Shown here: positions 29,899 to 39,194 of the stretch, piece by piece
Layout of the letters: the number at the start of each line of letters is the position of its first letter
Numbering within the stretch: position 1 is the first letter of the stretch
DNA from: an uncultured Victivallis sp.
GTDB taxonomy: Bacteria > Verrucomicrobiota > Lentisphaeria > Victivallales > GWF2-50-93
DNA length: 64,000 nt
Direction: 5' to 3'
Assembly: GCA_964600895.1 (NCBI GenBank)
Contig: CAZRKP010000005.1
Coordinates: forward strand, 118,068 to 182,067
The notes under the pieces: generated by a model
The model's input: the letters and a program-made list of their open reading frames with translations, nothing else
The model's database searches: none
What the model was told of the DNA's origin: nothing
Translations under genes and position numbers: made by a program

Positions 29899-30963
29899 TT
29901 ACTTGTATTCCTCGCATGCTTCCTTCATGGCCACAAGGTTCTCCCATGGGACTTCAGGTTCAACCATGTGAGTAGGACCGATAACAATACCGCCCTGCTT
30001 GCCACAGATTTGCAAATTCTTCCGGATAACATCCTTCACCTCGGCAGGTTTTCCAAAAGGAAGCGTGGTCTGCGTGCCTATGGTGCTCCAGAATGACATC
30101 CTTCCGCCGACAAGCTTGTGCACATCCTCGAACTTCATGCATTCCGGCTGCACGGGATTCAGAATGTCAACTCCAACCTCGATCAGATCGTCCAGGAACG
30201 GCAGGACGAATCCGCATGAATGGTAGAACACAAGGATGTCGGGCTTGATGTTACGAGCCTCGGCAATCACCTTTGCCAGCCTCGGCTTGAGCCACTGGCG
30301 CCAGAGCTCCACGCTCATCATCGGGGTCGACTGCATGCCGATGTCATCGCCAAGTTGGACAAGGTCCGTTCCAGCCTTCGCTGCAATACGGATCCTCTCG
30401 CAGGAAAGGTCTGTGATCTTGTCGAGAAGAACGGTGGCCTTCTCATCCTCGCTCAGCATATCGATCATCAGATCTTCCATTGAACGCATGTACCAGGATC
30501 CCTCCCATATCGTGCATGCCATCCCGACCATGGAAGCAAGTCCTTCCTTCCTCAGGTCCTCCACTTTCTTTTTCGCTTCAGGAAGTGCGTCCTTGTGGAA
30601 CGTAGGGAACGGATAATTATTGATCTCTTCGACGGTACGGTCGTCCCCTTTGAGAGGATGGTGCATTCGAGTCATGTGGAAGCATCCCGGCTGGTGTGAA
30701 TGTCCAACTCCGGTATTGCTGAAAGTCGTATCTGGTGGGAGTTCCTCGTGTCGATAGTATCTCTTCCAGTCTTTGAACGCCTGTTCCTCCCTTATCCCTA
30801 ATCCCCTGCACGGTGAACCAAACCATTTGTGATAATCCGTATGTCCGAAACGTTTCTTGAACGCCTCGAGCTGGTCCGGGCAGAACGCATTCGGATCGAT
30901 CGGAACCTTCTCAAATCCCTGCCTTCTCAACGACCTTAGAAGATTTTCGCGTAAAGTTGCCAT
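29899..30963 (-). CDS. Uroporphyrinogen decarboxylase (URO-D) family protein, not in a haem context
   Basis: The length and the motifs 'LGDDIGMQSTPMMS', 'FYHSCG' and 'VDILNPVQP' are typical of the URO-D/MtaA-like TIM-barrel family. Confidence 0.75.
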   Translation of the reverse strand: MATLRENLLRSLRRQGFEKVPIDPNAFCPDQLEAFKKRFGHTDYHKWFGSPCRGLGIREEQAFKDWKRYYRHEELPPDTTFSNTGVGHSHQPGCFHMTRMHHPLKGDDRTVEEINNYPFPTFHKDALPEAKKKVEDLRKEGLASMVGMACTIWEGSWYMRSMEDLMIDMLSEDEKATVLLDKITDLSCERIRIAAKAGTDLVQLGDDIGMQSTPMMSVELWRQWLKPRLAKVIAEARNIKPDILVFYHSCGFVLPFLDDLIEVGVDILNPVQPECMKFEDVHKLVGGRMSFWSTIGTQTTLPFGKPAEVKDVIRKNLQICGKQGGIVIGPTHMVEPEVPWENLVAMKEACEEYK

Positions 30964-31170
30964 ATTCTTACCTCATAAGTATGTCGGTTTTTAAACCGAC
31001 GATTTTGTTGACGGGTTAAAACCCGTCCTACTTTTTTAATCATACATATAAAATATGCCTTTATTCTATATCATGAATAGCAAAATCACCTATTTGCATA
31101 TACTTTTCGTATGGTCTATATTTTGAACCATCAAATCGAAAATCATCAATCAAAAATTAAAAATGCTCCT

Positions 31171-31980
31171 ATGCACAACCAGATGTTTTCACCGGACCGT
31201 ACGACTTCCTCTGGCACACTCAACATAAGGCGTGTCTGGGAGGTGCGAGGTGATCTGGACTATCAGAACGTCTGGAACAAGGGGTATCCTGGAAAAGGCA
31301 GTATCCTTGTCCGGACACTGGCAGGAGAAGGTTTCATCAAGCTGAAAAACGGCAAAAGACTCAAATGCCTCCCGGAAACTTTCGTCAATCTGAATCCGGA
31401 AATGGTCACCGCCTATGGCTGTGTCAGGCCACAATGGTCGTTCTGGTGGATCGAATGCGAGAATCCAAGCTCACTGAAATTTCCTGCGAACATCGCACTG
31501 AATATCAGGCAGGCCAAGGATGAACTGAATTTCCTCACTGAAAGCGTAAGGATGCTGTCGGAGGGCGAAGCCGCTGCGGTGGAAGCCGCAGCATCTATAA
31601 ATCTCCTCCTGCAGAAATGGTATCGGAGCTGGCGAGATGGAGAAAAGACTGCCTGCCATCCAGGAAGACGTGACAGGCTCCGCAACATTCTTACGATAAT
31701 GCAGGCTTCCGCAGAAAATCCCCTGCCGATTGCGACACTCGCAAAAAAAGCCTTCCTCAGCGAAGGAAGGTTCCGGCATGTATTTATGAAGACAACAGGG
31801 ATTTCTCCGAAATCATACTACGACAGCCTCAGACTGAATAGGGCACTGACCTGGCTGAGGGACACCGACATGAAGCTTGCGGATATCGCATCGCGGTTGA
31901 ACTATTCCAGCGCATTCCATTTAAGCCGTGCTTTCAAGAAGCGTTTCGGCAGACCGCCAACGGAATACAGGCCGAAATGA
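31171..31980 (+). CDS. AraC family transcriptional regulator
   Basis: The C-terminus 'LAKKAFLSEGRFRHVFMKTTGISPKSYYDSLRLNRALTWL...SSAFHLSRAFKKRFGRPPTEY' is an AraC HTH. The start is ATG 31171 or ATG 31111. The latter reads through an 'atcaaatcgaaaatcatcaatc' word repeat. Confidence 0.85.
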   Translation: MHNQMFSPDRTTSSGTLNIRRVWEVRGDLDYQNVWNKGYPGKGSILVRTLAGEGFIKLKNGKRLKCLPETFVNLNPEMVTAYGCVRPQWSFWWIECENPSSLKFPANIALNIRQAKDELNFLTESVRMLSEGEAAAVEAAASINLLLQKWYRSWRDGEKTACHPGRRDRLRNILTIMQASAENPLPIATLAKKAFLSEGRFRHVFMKTTGISPKSYYDSLRLNRALTWLRDTDMKLADIASRLNYSSAFHLSRAFKKRFGRPPTEYRPK

Positions 31981-32105
31981 AGAGGTGACGGCGTATCGGC
32001 GTAAGGGAGTAACGGCGTTTGGGCACATCCTCCGTAGTCCTCCATGGAGAACTATGGCGGACAAGTCGGAGAACCTGTTTTGGCAGGTGTATGGAGCTTG
32101 ATATT

Positions 32106-33278
32106 CTATGATGAGGGGGCTTTTCCATCTTCAATAAGGCCTATGTACCCGAAATGTATCGTCATGTCTCCCTTAATGCTTTGCACCTGCGACTTATCAT
32201 AATAAATTACAGAGCACCCTCCTAACTGGACAAGATCCCCGGAAACAAGAATCCTGCGTTCAATCCTTGAACCATTGACATAGGTTCCATTCGCGCTGCT
32301 TTCATCCTTGACTGAGACAGTTGTCCCTTTGAGTTCAAAGGTCGCATGATGGCCCGATACTGTTTCAGAATTTAAGATTACGTCTGAAGACCTGTCCCTT
32401 CCGGCCCTGAGTGTTTTTCCGACGGATACATGGAAGGGATTTCCTTTTTCCGGGATAACAAGCAGGAAAAGTCCTGTCTGTTCGGGAATTGAAACCGACG
32501 ACATCTTTATCCTTATATCATCAATCCTCCTGCTCAGAGCCCTGTTCATTGTATCCTGCACTATCGTTTCCCTGTAGTTTGGAGTGCTATCCACCAGCGA
32601 TTCCAATGCGGATAAGATCACCTTCTCGTTTTTCGTCATCATCGCCAAAGTCTCTTCATCTCCAATGTCCTGGATTATCTGCATAAATTCCTTCTGCACG
32701 ATACCGAGGAAGCGGCTTTTGTGCTGGTAGACTGTTCCCGGTCTGTCAATCCCCAGCCTTTTGCATACTTCATTTACATCCAAGCCTTCAAGGACATAAA
32801 GGCAGAACGATTTATATGTCAGCGAATCAACTTTTCCATATGCTTGCCTGAGAGCCTGGGAGACAACTCCCCTTATCCATATTTCATCATTTTCAGAGTT
32901 GTCGGATACAGCGAGTAAAATATTGTTTTCTACTGCATCTTTTTCATCTGATTCGCCATCTGGAGAGGCAAATAGTTCATTTTCATTCTTCCTGCTTCTT
33001 ATGGTATCAATCACTCGCGCGTAAACTATTTTTTTCAAAAGACCGCGGAAACGACCTTTTTCAGGATGATATTCGAACTCCGGCATTATCCTAAGGAGAC
33101 ATAGCATGGTCTCCTGGAATACGTCATCCAGAAGGGACGGAGGACAGCCCTTGTTCCTTGCCCATCCGGTGATGATGTCCCAGTAAAACTGTGCGAATTC
33201 GGTCCATGCCGTCTCGTCGGCAGGATTTTTGAGCCGCATAAGAAGCGTACAGTGGGTCATTTTATCTGAATACTGCAT
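32106..33278 (-). CDS. Sigma-70 family (ECF-like) RNA polymerase sigma factor fused to a C-terminal FHA domain
   Basis: Region 2-like: 'AWTEFAQFYWDIITGWARNKG...DDVFQETMLCLL'. Region 4-like: 'FCLYVLEGLDVNEVCKRLGIDRPGTVYQHKSRF'. FHA: 'LRAGRDRSSDVILNSETVSGHHATFEL...SSANGTYVNGSRI...GDLVQLG'. Start candidates are TTG 33311, ATG 33278 and ATG 33260. Confidence 0.85.
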   Translation of the reverse strand: MQYSDKMTHCTLLMRLKNPADETAWTEFAQFYWDIITGWARNKGCPPSLLDDVFQETMLCLLRIMPEFEYHPEKGRFRGLLKKIVYARVIDTIRSRKNENELFASPDGESDEKDAVENNILLAVSDNSENDEIWIRGVVSQALRQAYGKVDSLTYKSFCLYVLEGLDVNEVCKRLGIDRPGTVYQHKSRFLGIVQKEFMQIIQDIGDEETLAMMTKNEKVILSALESLVDSTPNYRETIVQDTMNRALSRRIDDIRIKMSSVSIPEQTGLFLLVIPEKGNPFHVSVGKTLRAGRDRSSDVILNSETVSGHHATFELKGTTVSVKDESSANGTYVNGSRIERRILVSGDLVQLGGCSVIYYDKSQVQSIKGDMTIHFGYIGLIEDGKAPSS

Positions 33279-33383
33279 GGATAAAATTATTATAAATAAC
33301 CCTTTTTTCAATATTTATCTAAATTTGAGGCGGTTCATGTTTTCAGGATATTTGGTGTGATTTTAGTCAAAATGCGCCTTCTT

Positions 33384-33770
33384 TCACATTTTTGCCGAAT
33401 TATGATGTTTTTTTGAGGACACTTTATATGAAACATAGCGTGGACCAGGATGCCTGTGGTATTCATCTAAGGCATTTATGTTGGTATGATCAGGGGTCCT
33501 GCTGAAAAAATTAACTTCTTTTGCATGATATTTTGCCAAGGTCTGATCCTGAAGCTTGTTCATTTTAGACTGGGACTGGACCATCAGCCAATTATATGCA
33601 TTTTCCCTTTCCTTTCCGCTAATCTGGCATAGGACTAATCCGTTCTGGGTGGCTACAGGGGCCTCTATGCTGGTATACGAAATCGTCTTGCCGGTATTGA
33701 CAAAGTCCATGTTGGAAGGCTTGGAGATCCCCATATATGCTACTAGAACCAATCCGATTAGACTTTTCAT
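33384..33770 (-). CDS. Small hypothetical secreted protein
   Basis: N-terminal signal-like 'MKSLIGLVLVAYMGIS'. No recognisable family. Confidence 0.5.
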   Translation of the reverse strand: MKSLIGLVLVAYMGISKPSNMDFVNTGKTISYTSIEAPVATQNGLVLCQISGKERENAYNWLMVQSQSKMNKLQDQTLAKYHAKEVNFFSRTPDHTNINALDEYHRHPGPRYVSYKVSSKKHHNSAKM

Positions 33771-34074
33771 TGTATCCTCCTTGTTTTGGCTATCCCGATG
33801 TTTTCTTCTACAGGTGTATTCGGATGCAGATATTATTTCTCACGCATATATGCTGAAAATATTAAATTTTTTTGAGTTTTTCTGAAATTCCATGGTTTTT
33901 CCCAGGGGAAATACATTTTTAGGATGATTTTCATGCAAAAGGCGGAATTGCACACGTAAAAGGGGTACCGGAGTAATGGAGAATCAGAGATTGAATTGAA
34001 TCCAAAAAGATGAAATTTTGCTGATTACAGCTTATAATAAACTTTCATTACTAATAAACTCCAGGAGAGCATAA

Positions 34075-34926
34075 ATGAGTGCATCAAAGACCCCTTCACG
34101 AATAGAGATACCATCGTTCCCGAATGGAAAGAGAATTGCGCTGACCACGAGCTTCGACGATGGTGTTATCCAGGACCGCAAGGTCATCAAGGCGTTCAAC
34201 GAATGGGGGATCAAGGGGACGTTCAACCTCAATTCCGGTAAATTCCTACGGACAGGAAAGACATCAAAGGAAAGTTCAGGACATATTGACGTGTCAGAGG
34301 TTGCGAAACTCTACGAGGGGCATGAAGTGGCTGTCCATACTGTCACCCATCCGCACCTGACAAAGTTAGATCCCACACAGATAGCCCTTGAGATCATCAA
34401 TGATCGAAAGGCTCTTGAAGACCTTGTAGGATATCCAGTGCGTGGAATGGCATATCCATATGGATCATATAACGAGAAGGTAATAAATGTCCTAAGTCAA
34501 TGCGGGATAGTTTATTCACGGACATGTGAAAACAATCCAAACTGCTTCCCACCCAAGGAACCATTGGCCTGGGCATCAACCGCACACATGTTCTGTAAGA
34601 ATCCTCCGGTACCGGATACATTTGAGAAACTATATGGGAATTCCAGATATTCGGGAGTTATCTACATCTGGGGTCATACCTATGAATTTGACCGGGAAGG
34701 GGCAACCTGGGCGGATCTTGACAGGATATTCAAGCCAATGTCAGGAAAGCCAGACATCTGGTATTGCACAAACATCGAGCTGTTCGACTATGAGGCCGCA
34801 AGGAACAGGGTCGTGATATCGGCAAACCTGAAGACGGCATTCAATCCGAGCTCAATACCGGTAAGTGTCAGCGTCGATGGAAAGCTGATGGATCTTCCTC
34901 CGGGAAAGACAGTAAAGCTACAATAA
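34075..34926 (+). CDS. Polysaccharide deacetylase (NodB-homology, CE4-like)
   Basis: 'IALTTSFDDG', 'HEVAVHTVTHPHL' and 'GMAYPYGSY' are the NodB motif series. Confidence 0.8.
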   Translation: MSASKTPSRIEIPSFPNGKRIALTTSFDDGVIQDRKVIKAFNEWGIKGTFNLNSGKFLRTGKTSKESSGHIDVSEVAKLYEGHEVAVHTVTHPHLTKLDPTQIALEIINDRKALEDLVGYPVRGMAYPYGSYNEKVINVLSQCGIVYSRTCENNPNCFPPKEPLAWASTAHMFCKNPPVPDTFEKLYGNSRYSGVIYIWGHTYEFDREGATWADLDRIFKPMSGKPDIWYCTNIELFDYEAARNRVVISANLKTAFNPSSIPVSVSVDGKLMDLPPGKTVKLQ

Positions 34927-34939
34927 TTTGAATAGCAAA

Positions 34940-35003
34940 GGAGGGCGGGTTTTCTTACCCGCCAAATTCTAAATCTAATGGCGGACAGGAATGTCCGCCC
35001 TCC
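34940..35003. terminator. Pair of GC-rich hairpins between convergent genes, with an alternative long-range pairing
   Basis: Hairpin A is 'ggcgggt-tttctt-acccgcc' (34944-34963). Hairpin B is 'ggcggaca-ggaa-tgtccgcc' (34980-34999). The outer 'ggagggcgg' (34940-48) is complementary to 'ccgccctcc' (34995-35003). There is no strong U-run. Confidence 0.5.
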
Positions 35004-35038
35004 GTTACTTGAATATAGAACAGGCAGGCTTGCCTTTT

Positions 35039-35314
35039 TTATTTTATCTTGAAGGCCTTTGCGAGGTCTATTTTTGCCTCGACATCCAAGGCAATGAGAG
35101 TCTTGGTATGTGTGATCCCGTCGATATGATGGGGCATCTTGTCGACCACGATATCAGAAAGCTGTTTGTTGTCCTTCACGCGCACGATGGCGGCCAAGTC
35201 ATATTCACCGGCCACGGTATAGAGCTCCGTAACTCCCTTTATCTTCATCACATTGTCTGTAACCTGTTTGAGCTTAGGGCGCTGCACGTTGATCAGGACA
35301 ATTGCCGTTACCAT
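35039..35314 (-). CDS. Stand-alone Lrp/AsnC-type ligand-binding (RAM) domain protein
   Basis: A 91-aa protein. 'VTAIVLINV...IKGVTELYTVAGEYDLAAIVRVKDNKQLSDIV' matches the AsnC-family effector domain and has no HTH. Confidence 0.75.
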   Translation of the reverse strand: MVTAIVLINVQRPKLKQVTDNVMKIKGVTELYTVAGEYDLAAIVRVKDNKQLSDIVVDKMPHHIDGITHTKTLIALDVEAKIDLAKAFKIK

Positions 35315-35483
35315 AGTCTTCCCTCTCTTTTTCTGTTATATTCTTTTGAAATCAATTTAACCCAAAGCCATTAAGACTCAAAGGATTTTAAGAAAATATT
35401 CAATTTTTCATAAATTGGTTGCACAAGCAGACCAAAGCGTTATATTAACCGGCTCTCTGAAAAAAGCTTTGAAGTTTTAGGGC

Positions 35484-35509
35484 GCCACCGGAAAGGTGGC
35501 AATTTTTTT
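35484..35509 (+). terminator. Stem-loop plus U-run in the rplU 5' leader (attenuator or terminator-like)
   Basis: 'gccacc-ggaaa-ggtggc' followed by 'aattttttt'. It lies 35 nt upstream of the rplU ATG. Confidence 0.5.
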
Positions 35510-35543
35510 ACGGAAAATAAAACATAATCAGGAGATAGAAACA

Positions 35544-35855
35544 ATGTATGCGATAATCGCAGCAGGTGGAAGACAGTACAGGGTCAACAAGAACGACATC
35601 ATCGACGTCGATCTCATGAGCGGAAAAGAAGGTGAAAAAATCACTTTCTCGGAAGTCCTCGCAGCCGGAGAAGGCAAGGACATCAAGCTCGGAAACCCTC
35701 TCGTCAAGGGAGCAAAGGTCTCTGGTGAAATCATCAAGCACTTCCGCGGTCCTAAGCTCATTGCCTTCAAGATCAAGCGCCGCAAGGGATACAGAAAGAC
35801 CAAGGGACACCGTTCCGAGTTGACCAAGGTCAAGATCACCGAGATCGAGGCCTGA
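35544..35855 (+). CDS. rplU: 50S ribosomal protein L21
   Basis: 'MYAIIAAGGRQYRVNKNDIIDVDLM...KHFRGPKLIAFKIKRRKGYRKTKGHR'. AGGAG sits 9 nt upstream of ATG 35544. Confidence 0.95.
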   Translation: MYAIIAAGGRQYRVNKNDIIDVDLMSGKEGEKITFSEVLAAGEGKDIKLGNPLVKGAKVSGEIIKHFRGPKLIAFKIKRRKGYRKTKGHRSELTKVKITEIEA

Positions 35856-35929
35856 GGAATATCGAATTTCGAACGCTGGATTTCGAATGTCGAAGCAATA
35901 ACTATTCCCGACGACAGGAGACTGCTTAA

Positions 35930-36829
35930 ATGAAATACGACAGGAACAAGGCTCTTCTCGAGACGAAAATGGATGGTTTTCCAGAACCCAGGCGCGGAAA
36001 AGTCCGCGACATCTATGATCTCGGGGATTCCCTTCTCTTCGTCGCAACCGACCGCATAAGCGCTTTTGACGTCGTCATGCCCAACGGCATTCCTGACAAA
36101 GGCAGAGTGCTTACCGGACTTTCACTTTTCTGGTTCGATCTGATGAAATGGATGCAGAACCATCTTATCACTGCAGACGTCTCGAAATATCCGGAGAAGC
36201 TCAAGAAATATTCCAATGATCTCAAGGGTCGTTCGATGCTTGTGAAGAAGGCGAAACCCCTCGCCGTAGAATGCATAGTGCGCGGCTACATAACTGGCAG
36301 CGGATGGAAGGACTACCAGAAGACCGGTTCCGTATGCGGCATCCCTCTCCGCCAAGGTTACAGGCAGGCGGAGAAACTTGATGAAGCCCTTTTCACTCCT
36401 TCTACCAAGGCTGAACTCGGTACTCACGACGAGAACATAAGCTTCGAGAAGTCCAAGGAGATAGTCGGTGCGAAGTTCGCACAGCTGGCAAAAGATTATT
36501 CCATAAAGGTCTACAATACCGCCGCAGACTATGCCGCCAAGAAGGGCATCATCCTCGCGGATACAAAGTTCGAGTTCGGCGTACTAGGTGAAGATCTCAT
36601 CCTGATCGACGAAGTGCTCACCCCGGATTCCAGCCGTTTCTGGCCTGCTGACCAGTATAAGGTCGGTGGAAATCCCCCGAGCCTCGACAAGCAGTTCGTC
36701 AGGGACTACCTCGAAAGCCTCAACTGGAGCAAGACTCCCCCTGCTCCGGACCTTCCTGATGACATCGTCTCGAAAACGCATGAGAAGTATCTCGATGCAT
36801 ACAAGAGAATCACTGGCAAGAGCCTGTAG
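35930..36829 (+). CDS. purC: Phosphoribosylaminoimidazole-succinocarboxamide (SAICAR) synthase
   Basis: 'GKVRDIYDLGDSLLFVATDRISAFDVVMPNGIPDKGRVLT...LADTKFEFG...DEVLTPDSSRFW'. Confidence 0.95.
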   Translation: MKYDRNKALLETKMDGFPEPRRGKVRDIYDLGDSLLFVATDRISAFDVVMPNGIPDKGRVLTGLSLFWFDLMKWMQNHLITADVSKYPEKLKKYSNDLKGRSMLVKKAKPLAVECIVRGYITGSGWKDYQKTGSVCGIPLRQGYRQAEKLDEALFTPSTKAELGTHDENISFEKSKEIVGAKFAQLAKDYSIKVYNTAADYAAKKGIILADTKFEFGVLGEDLILIDEVLTPDSSRFWPADQYKVGGNPPSLDKQFVRDYLESLNWSKTPPAPDLPDDIVSKTHEKYLDAYKRITGKSL

Positions 36830-36832
36830 AAC

Positions 36833-36925
36833 GGGAATTCAGAAGTCAGGAGACAGAAGTCAGAAGTAATTTCTATCTGCAGAATCTTAAATTTTCATTA
36901 TGAATTCTGTTTCTTATCTTCAGGC
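36833..36925. repeat. TCAGAAG/CAGGAG word repeat with a partial inverted arm
   Basis: 'gggaattcagaagtcaggagacagaagtcagaagtaat' is followed by 'gaattctgtttcttatcttcagg'. Confidence 0.55.
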
Positions 36926-36977
36926 TTACTAAATTACATTCTAAAAATTATAAATATATATAAAAAGGTGCACCAAG

Positions 36978-38786
36978 ATGATAACAGAATTCACAAAGAA
37001 CAAGAAGCTGCTCTCCTTTGTCGATGAAGCCATCAAGCTCTGCAGGCCCACCCGCGTCCACTGGTGCGATGGTTCCAATGAGGAGTATGATCGCCTCTGT
37101 GAGGAACTTGTAAAGCATGGAACTTTTACAAAGCTTAACGAAAAGCTGCGTCCCGGCTGCTATCTGGCCCGTTCACATGCAAGCGATGTAGCCCGTGTCG
37201 AGGATCGCACATACATATGCTCGACGAAACATGAGGATGCAGGTCCGACGAACAACTGGACGGATCCTGCCGAGATGAAACTGAAGCTCAAGAACATGTT
37301 CAGCGGCTGCATGGAAGGCCGTACGATGTATGTAATCCCCTTCTCAATGGGGCCACTTGACTCACCTATTCACAAGGTTGGGATAGAGATCACGGATTCA
37401 GCATACGTCGTCGTCAACATGAGAATCATGACCCGCATGGGAAAAAAGGTACTTGATGTCCTCGGCGACCGTACGGATTTCATCCCGTGCATGCATTCAG
37501 TCGGCGCTCCTCTCAAGTCCGGACAGAAGGATGTTCCATGGCCATGCGAGCCCGATCCGTCAAAGAAATACATTGTCCACTTCCCTGAGGAGCCTTCCAT
37601 CTGGTCATATGGTTCCGGATACGGTGGAAACGCCCTTCTTGGAAAGAAATGCCTCGCCCTTCGCATAGCATCCTCCATCGCCAGGAAGGAAGGTTGGATG
37701 GCCGAACACATGCTCATACTTTCCCTCACTTCTCCAAAAGGAAAGAAATATTACATCGCTGCCGCATTCCCCAGCGCCTGCGGAAAAACGAATCTTGCGA
37801 TGATGCAGCCTTCCCTTCCTGGGTGGACTGTAAAATGCCTCGGCGACGACATCGCCTGGATGAGGATAGGCAAGGGAGGAAAGCTACATGCTATCAATCC
37901 GGAAACCGGATTCTTCGGGGTAGCACCAGGAACTTCGATGAAGTCAAATCCGAACGCGATGCTTTCAATGACCAAGAATTCCATCTTCACGAACGTCGCG
38001 CTCACACCTGAAGGAGATGTCTGGTGGGAGGATATGGGAGTTCCTGCACCGGCAAAGGCCATTGACTGGGAAGGAAAGGAATGGACTCCGGACTGCGGAC
38101 GCAAGGCCGCACATCCCAACTCGCGTTTCACGGCTCCGGCAGCACAGTGCCCGGTGCTTGATCCAGACTGGGAGAAACCAGAGGGTGTTCCAATCTCCGC
38201 GATACTTGTGGGTGGACGCCGTCCTTCGACGATTCCACTTGTCAACGAAGCTTTCAACTGGGAGCATGGCGTGTTCATGGGTTCCGCCGCCGGTTCCGAA
38301 ACGACAACTGCAGCACTTGGCAAGGCTGGTGTGCTGCGCCGCGATCCATTCGCGATGCTTCCGTTCTGTGGATACCATATGGGCGACTACCTTGCCCACT
38401 GGCTATCCATGGCCAATCGCACCGACCGCGCAAATCTTCCGAAGGTTTATTTCGTGAACTGGTTCAGGAAGACCGCGGACGGCAAATGGCTCTGGCCGGG
38501 ATATGGCGAAAACAGCCGCGTTCTCAAATGGATATGCGACAGGATTGAAGGACTTGTGAAGGCAAATCCGACAGCCATCGGAAATCTCCCGAGATGCGAG
38601 GACTTCGACACCGGCGACCTCCAGATCAGCTGCAACGACATGAAACAGCTACTATCCGTGGATGTTGAGGGTTGGAAGGCAGAGCTCAACGACATCTCGC
38701 AGAACTATGAGAAATTCGGCAGCAAGCTTCCAGAAGCCCTCAAGAAGGAACTTGAGGAATTGAAGTCGAGACTGGAAAAGAACTAA
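36978..38786 (+). CDS. pckG: Phosphoenolpyruvate carboxykinase (GTP)
   Basis: '[22 protein letters not shown]', '[15 protein letters not shown]' and 'GDDIAWM' are GTP-PEPCK signatures. Confidence 0.95.
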   Translation: MITEFTKNKKLLSFVDEAIKLCRPTRVHWCDGSNEEYDRLCEELVKHGTFTKLNEKLRPGCYLARSHASDVARVEDRTYICSTKHEDAGPTNNWTDPAEMKLKLKNMFSGCMEGRTMYVIPFSMGPLDSPIHKVGIEITDSAYVVVNMRIMTRMGKKVLDVLGDRTDFIPCMHSVGAPLKSGQKDVPWPCEPDPSKKYIVHFPEEPSIWSYGSGYGGNALLGKKCLALRIASSIARKEGWMAEHMLILSLTSPKGKKYYIAAAFPSACGKTNLAMMQPSLPGWTVKCLGDDIAWMRIGKGGKLHAINPETGFFGVAPGTSMKSNPNAMLSMTKNSIFTNVALTPEGDVWWEDMGVPAPAKAIDWEGKEWTPDCGRKAAHPNSRFTAPAAQCPVLDPDWEKPEGVPISAILVGGRRPSTIPLVNEAFNWEHGVFMGSAAGSETTTAALGKAGVLRRDPFAMLPFCGYHMGDYLAHWLSMANRTDRANLPKVYFVNWFRKTADGKWLWPGYGENSRVLKWICDRIEGLVKANPTAIGNLPRCEDFDTGDLQISCNDMKQLLSVDVEGWKAELNDISQNYEKFGSKLPEALKKELEELKSRLEKN

Positions 38787-38893
38787 TTTCCCGACAGGAT
38801 AACTGGATTTATTCGCCTTGGCGAATTAACAGGATGAATTAGATTTTAAATCATGGAAATCCTGTAATCCTGTCTAAATATCTTTAATTACAT

Positions 38894-38920
38894 ATCCCGC
38901 CTTTGCGGCGGGATTTTTTT
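38894..38920 (+). terminator. Rho-independent terminator of pckG
   Basis: 'atcccgcc-tttgc-ggcgggat' followed by a 7-T run. Confidence 0.9.
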
Positions 38921-39120
38921 ACCCAAAATGCCAGGGGCTACGTTGGAAAGGGTCGTTTTACCAGCGTAGCCCCTACATTTTAACCGTCATATTTGAACTC
39001 AGTATGAACTGCCGTCACACAGTCTTCCAACCTGTTGATGACTGCAATCCGGTACTGGGGTATCCCATGATTGCATTTGCCCAAGGTCTTATAAGCAGAA
39101 AGCATGCCAACTTAAGAAAG

Positions 39121-39155
39121 GATGAATGGATGGCTGGATGAATGGGTGATTGGCT
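39121..39155. repeat. Solitary GGATG-word arm
   Basis: 'gatgaatggatggctggatgaatgggtgattgg'. Confidence 0.6.
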
Positions 39156-39194
39156 TAATTAAAAATGAATTCCAAAGCTAACCGCTGCTGTCTA

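Noticed and set aside
35508-36047. A 179-aa ORF antisense to rplU and the purC 5' end
   Set aside because: It overlaps two highly conserved housekeeping genes on the opposite strand and has no motif support.
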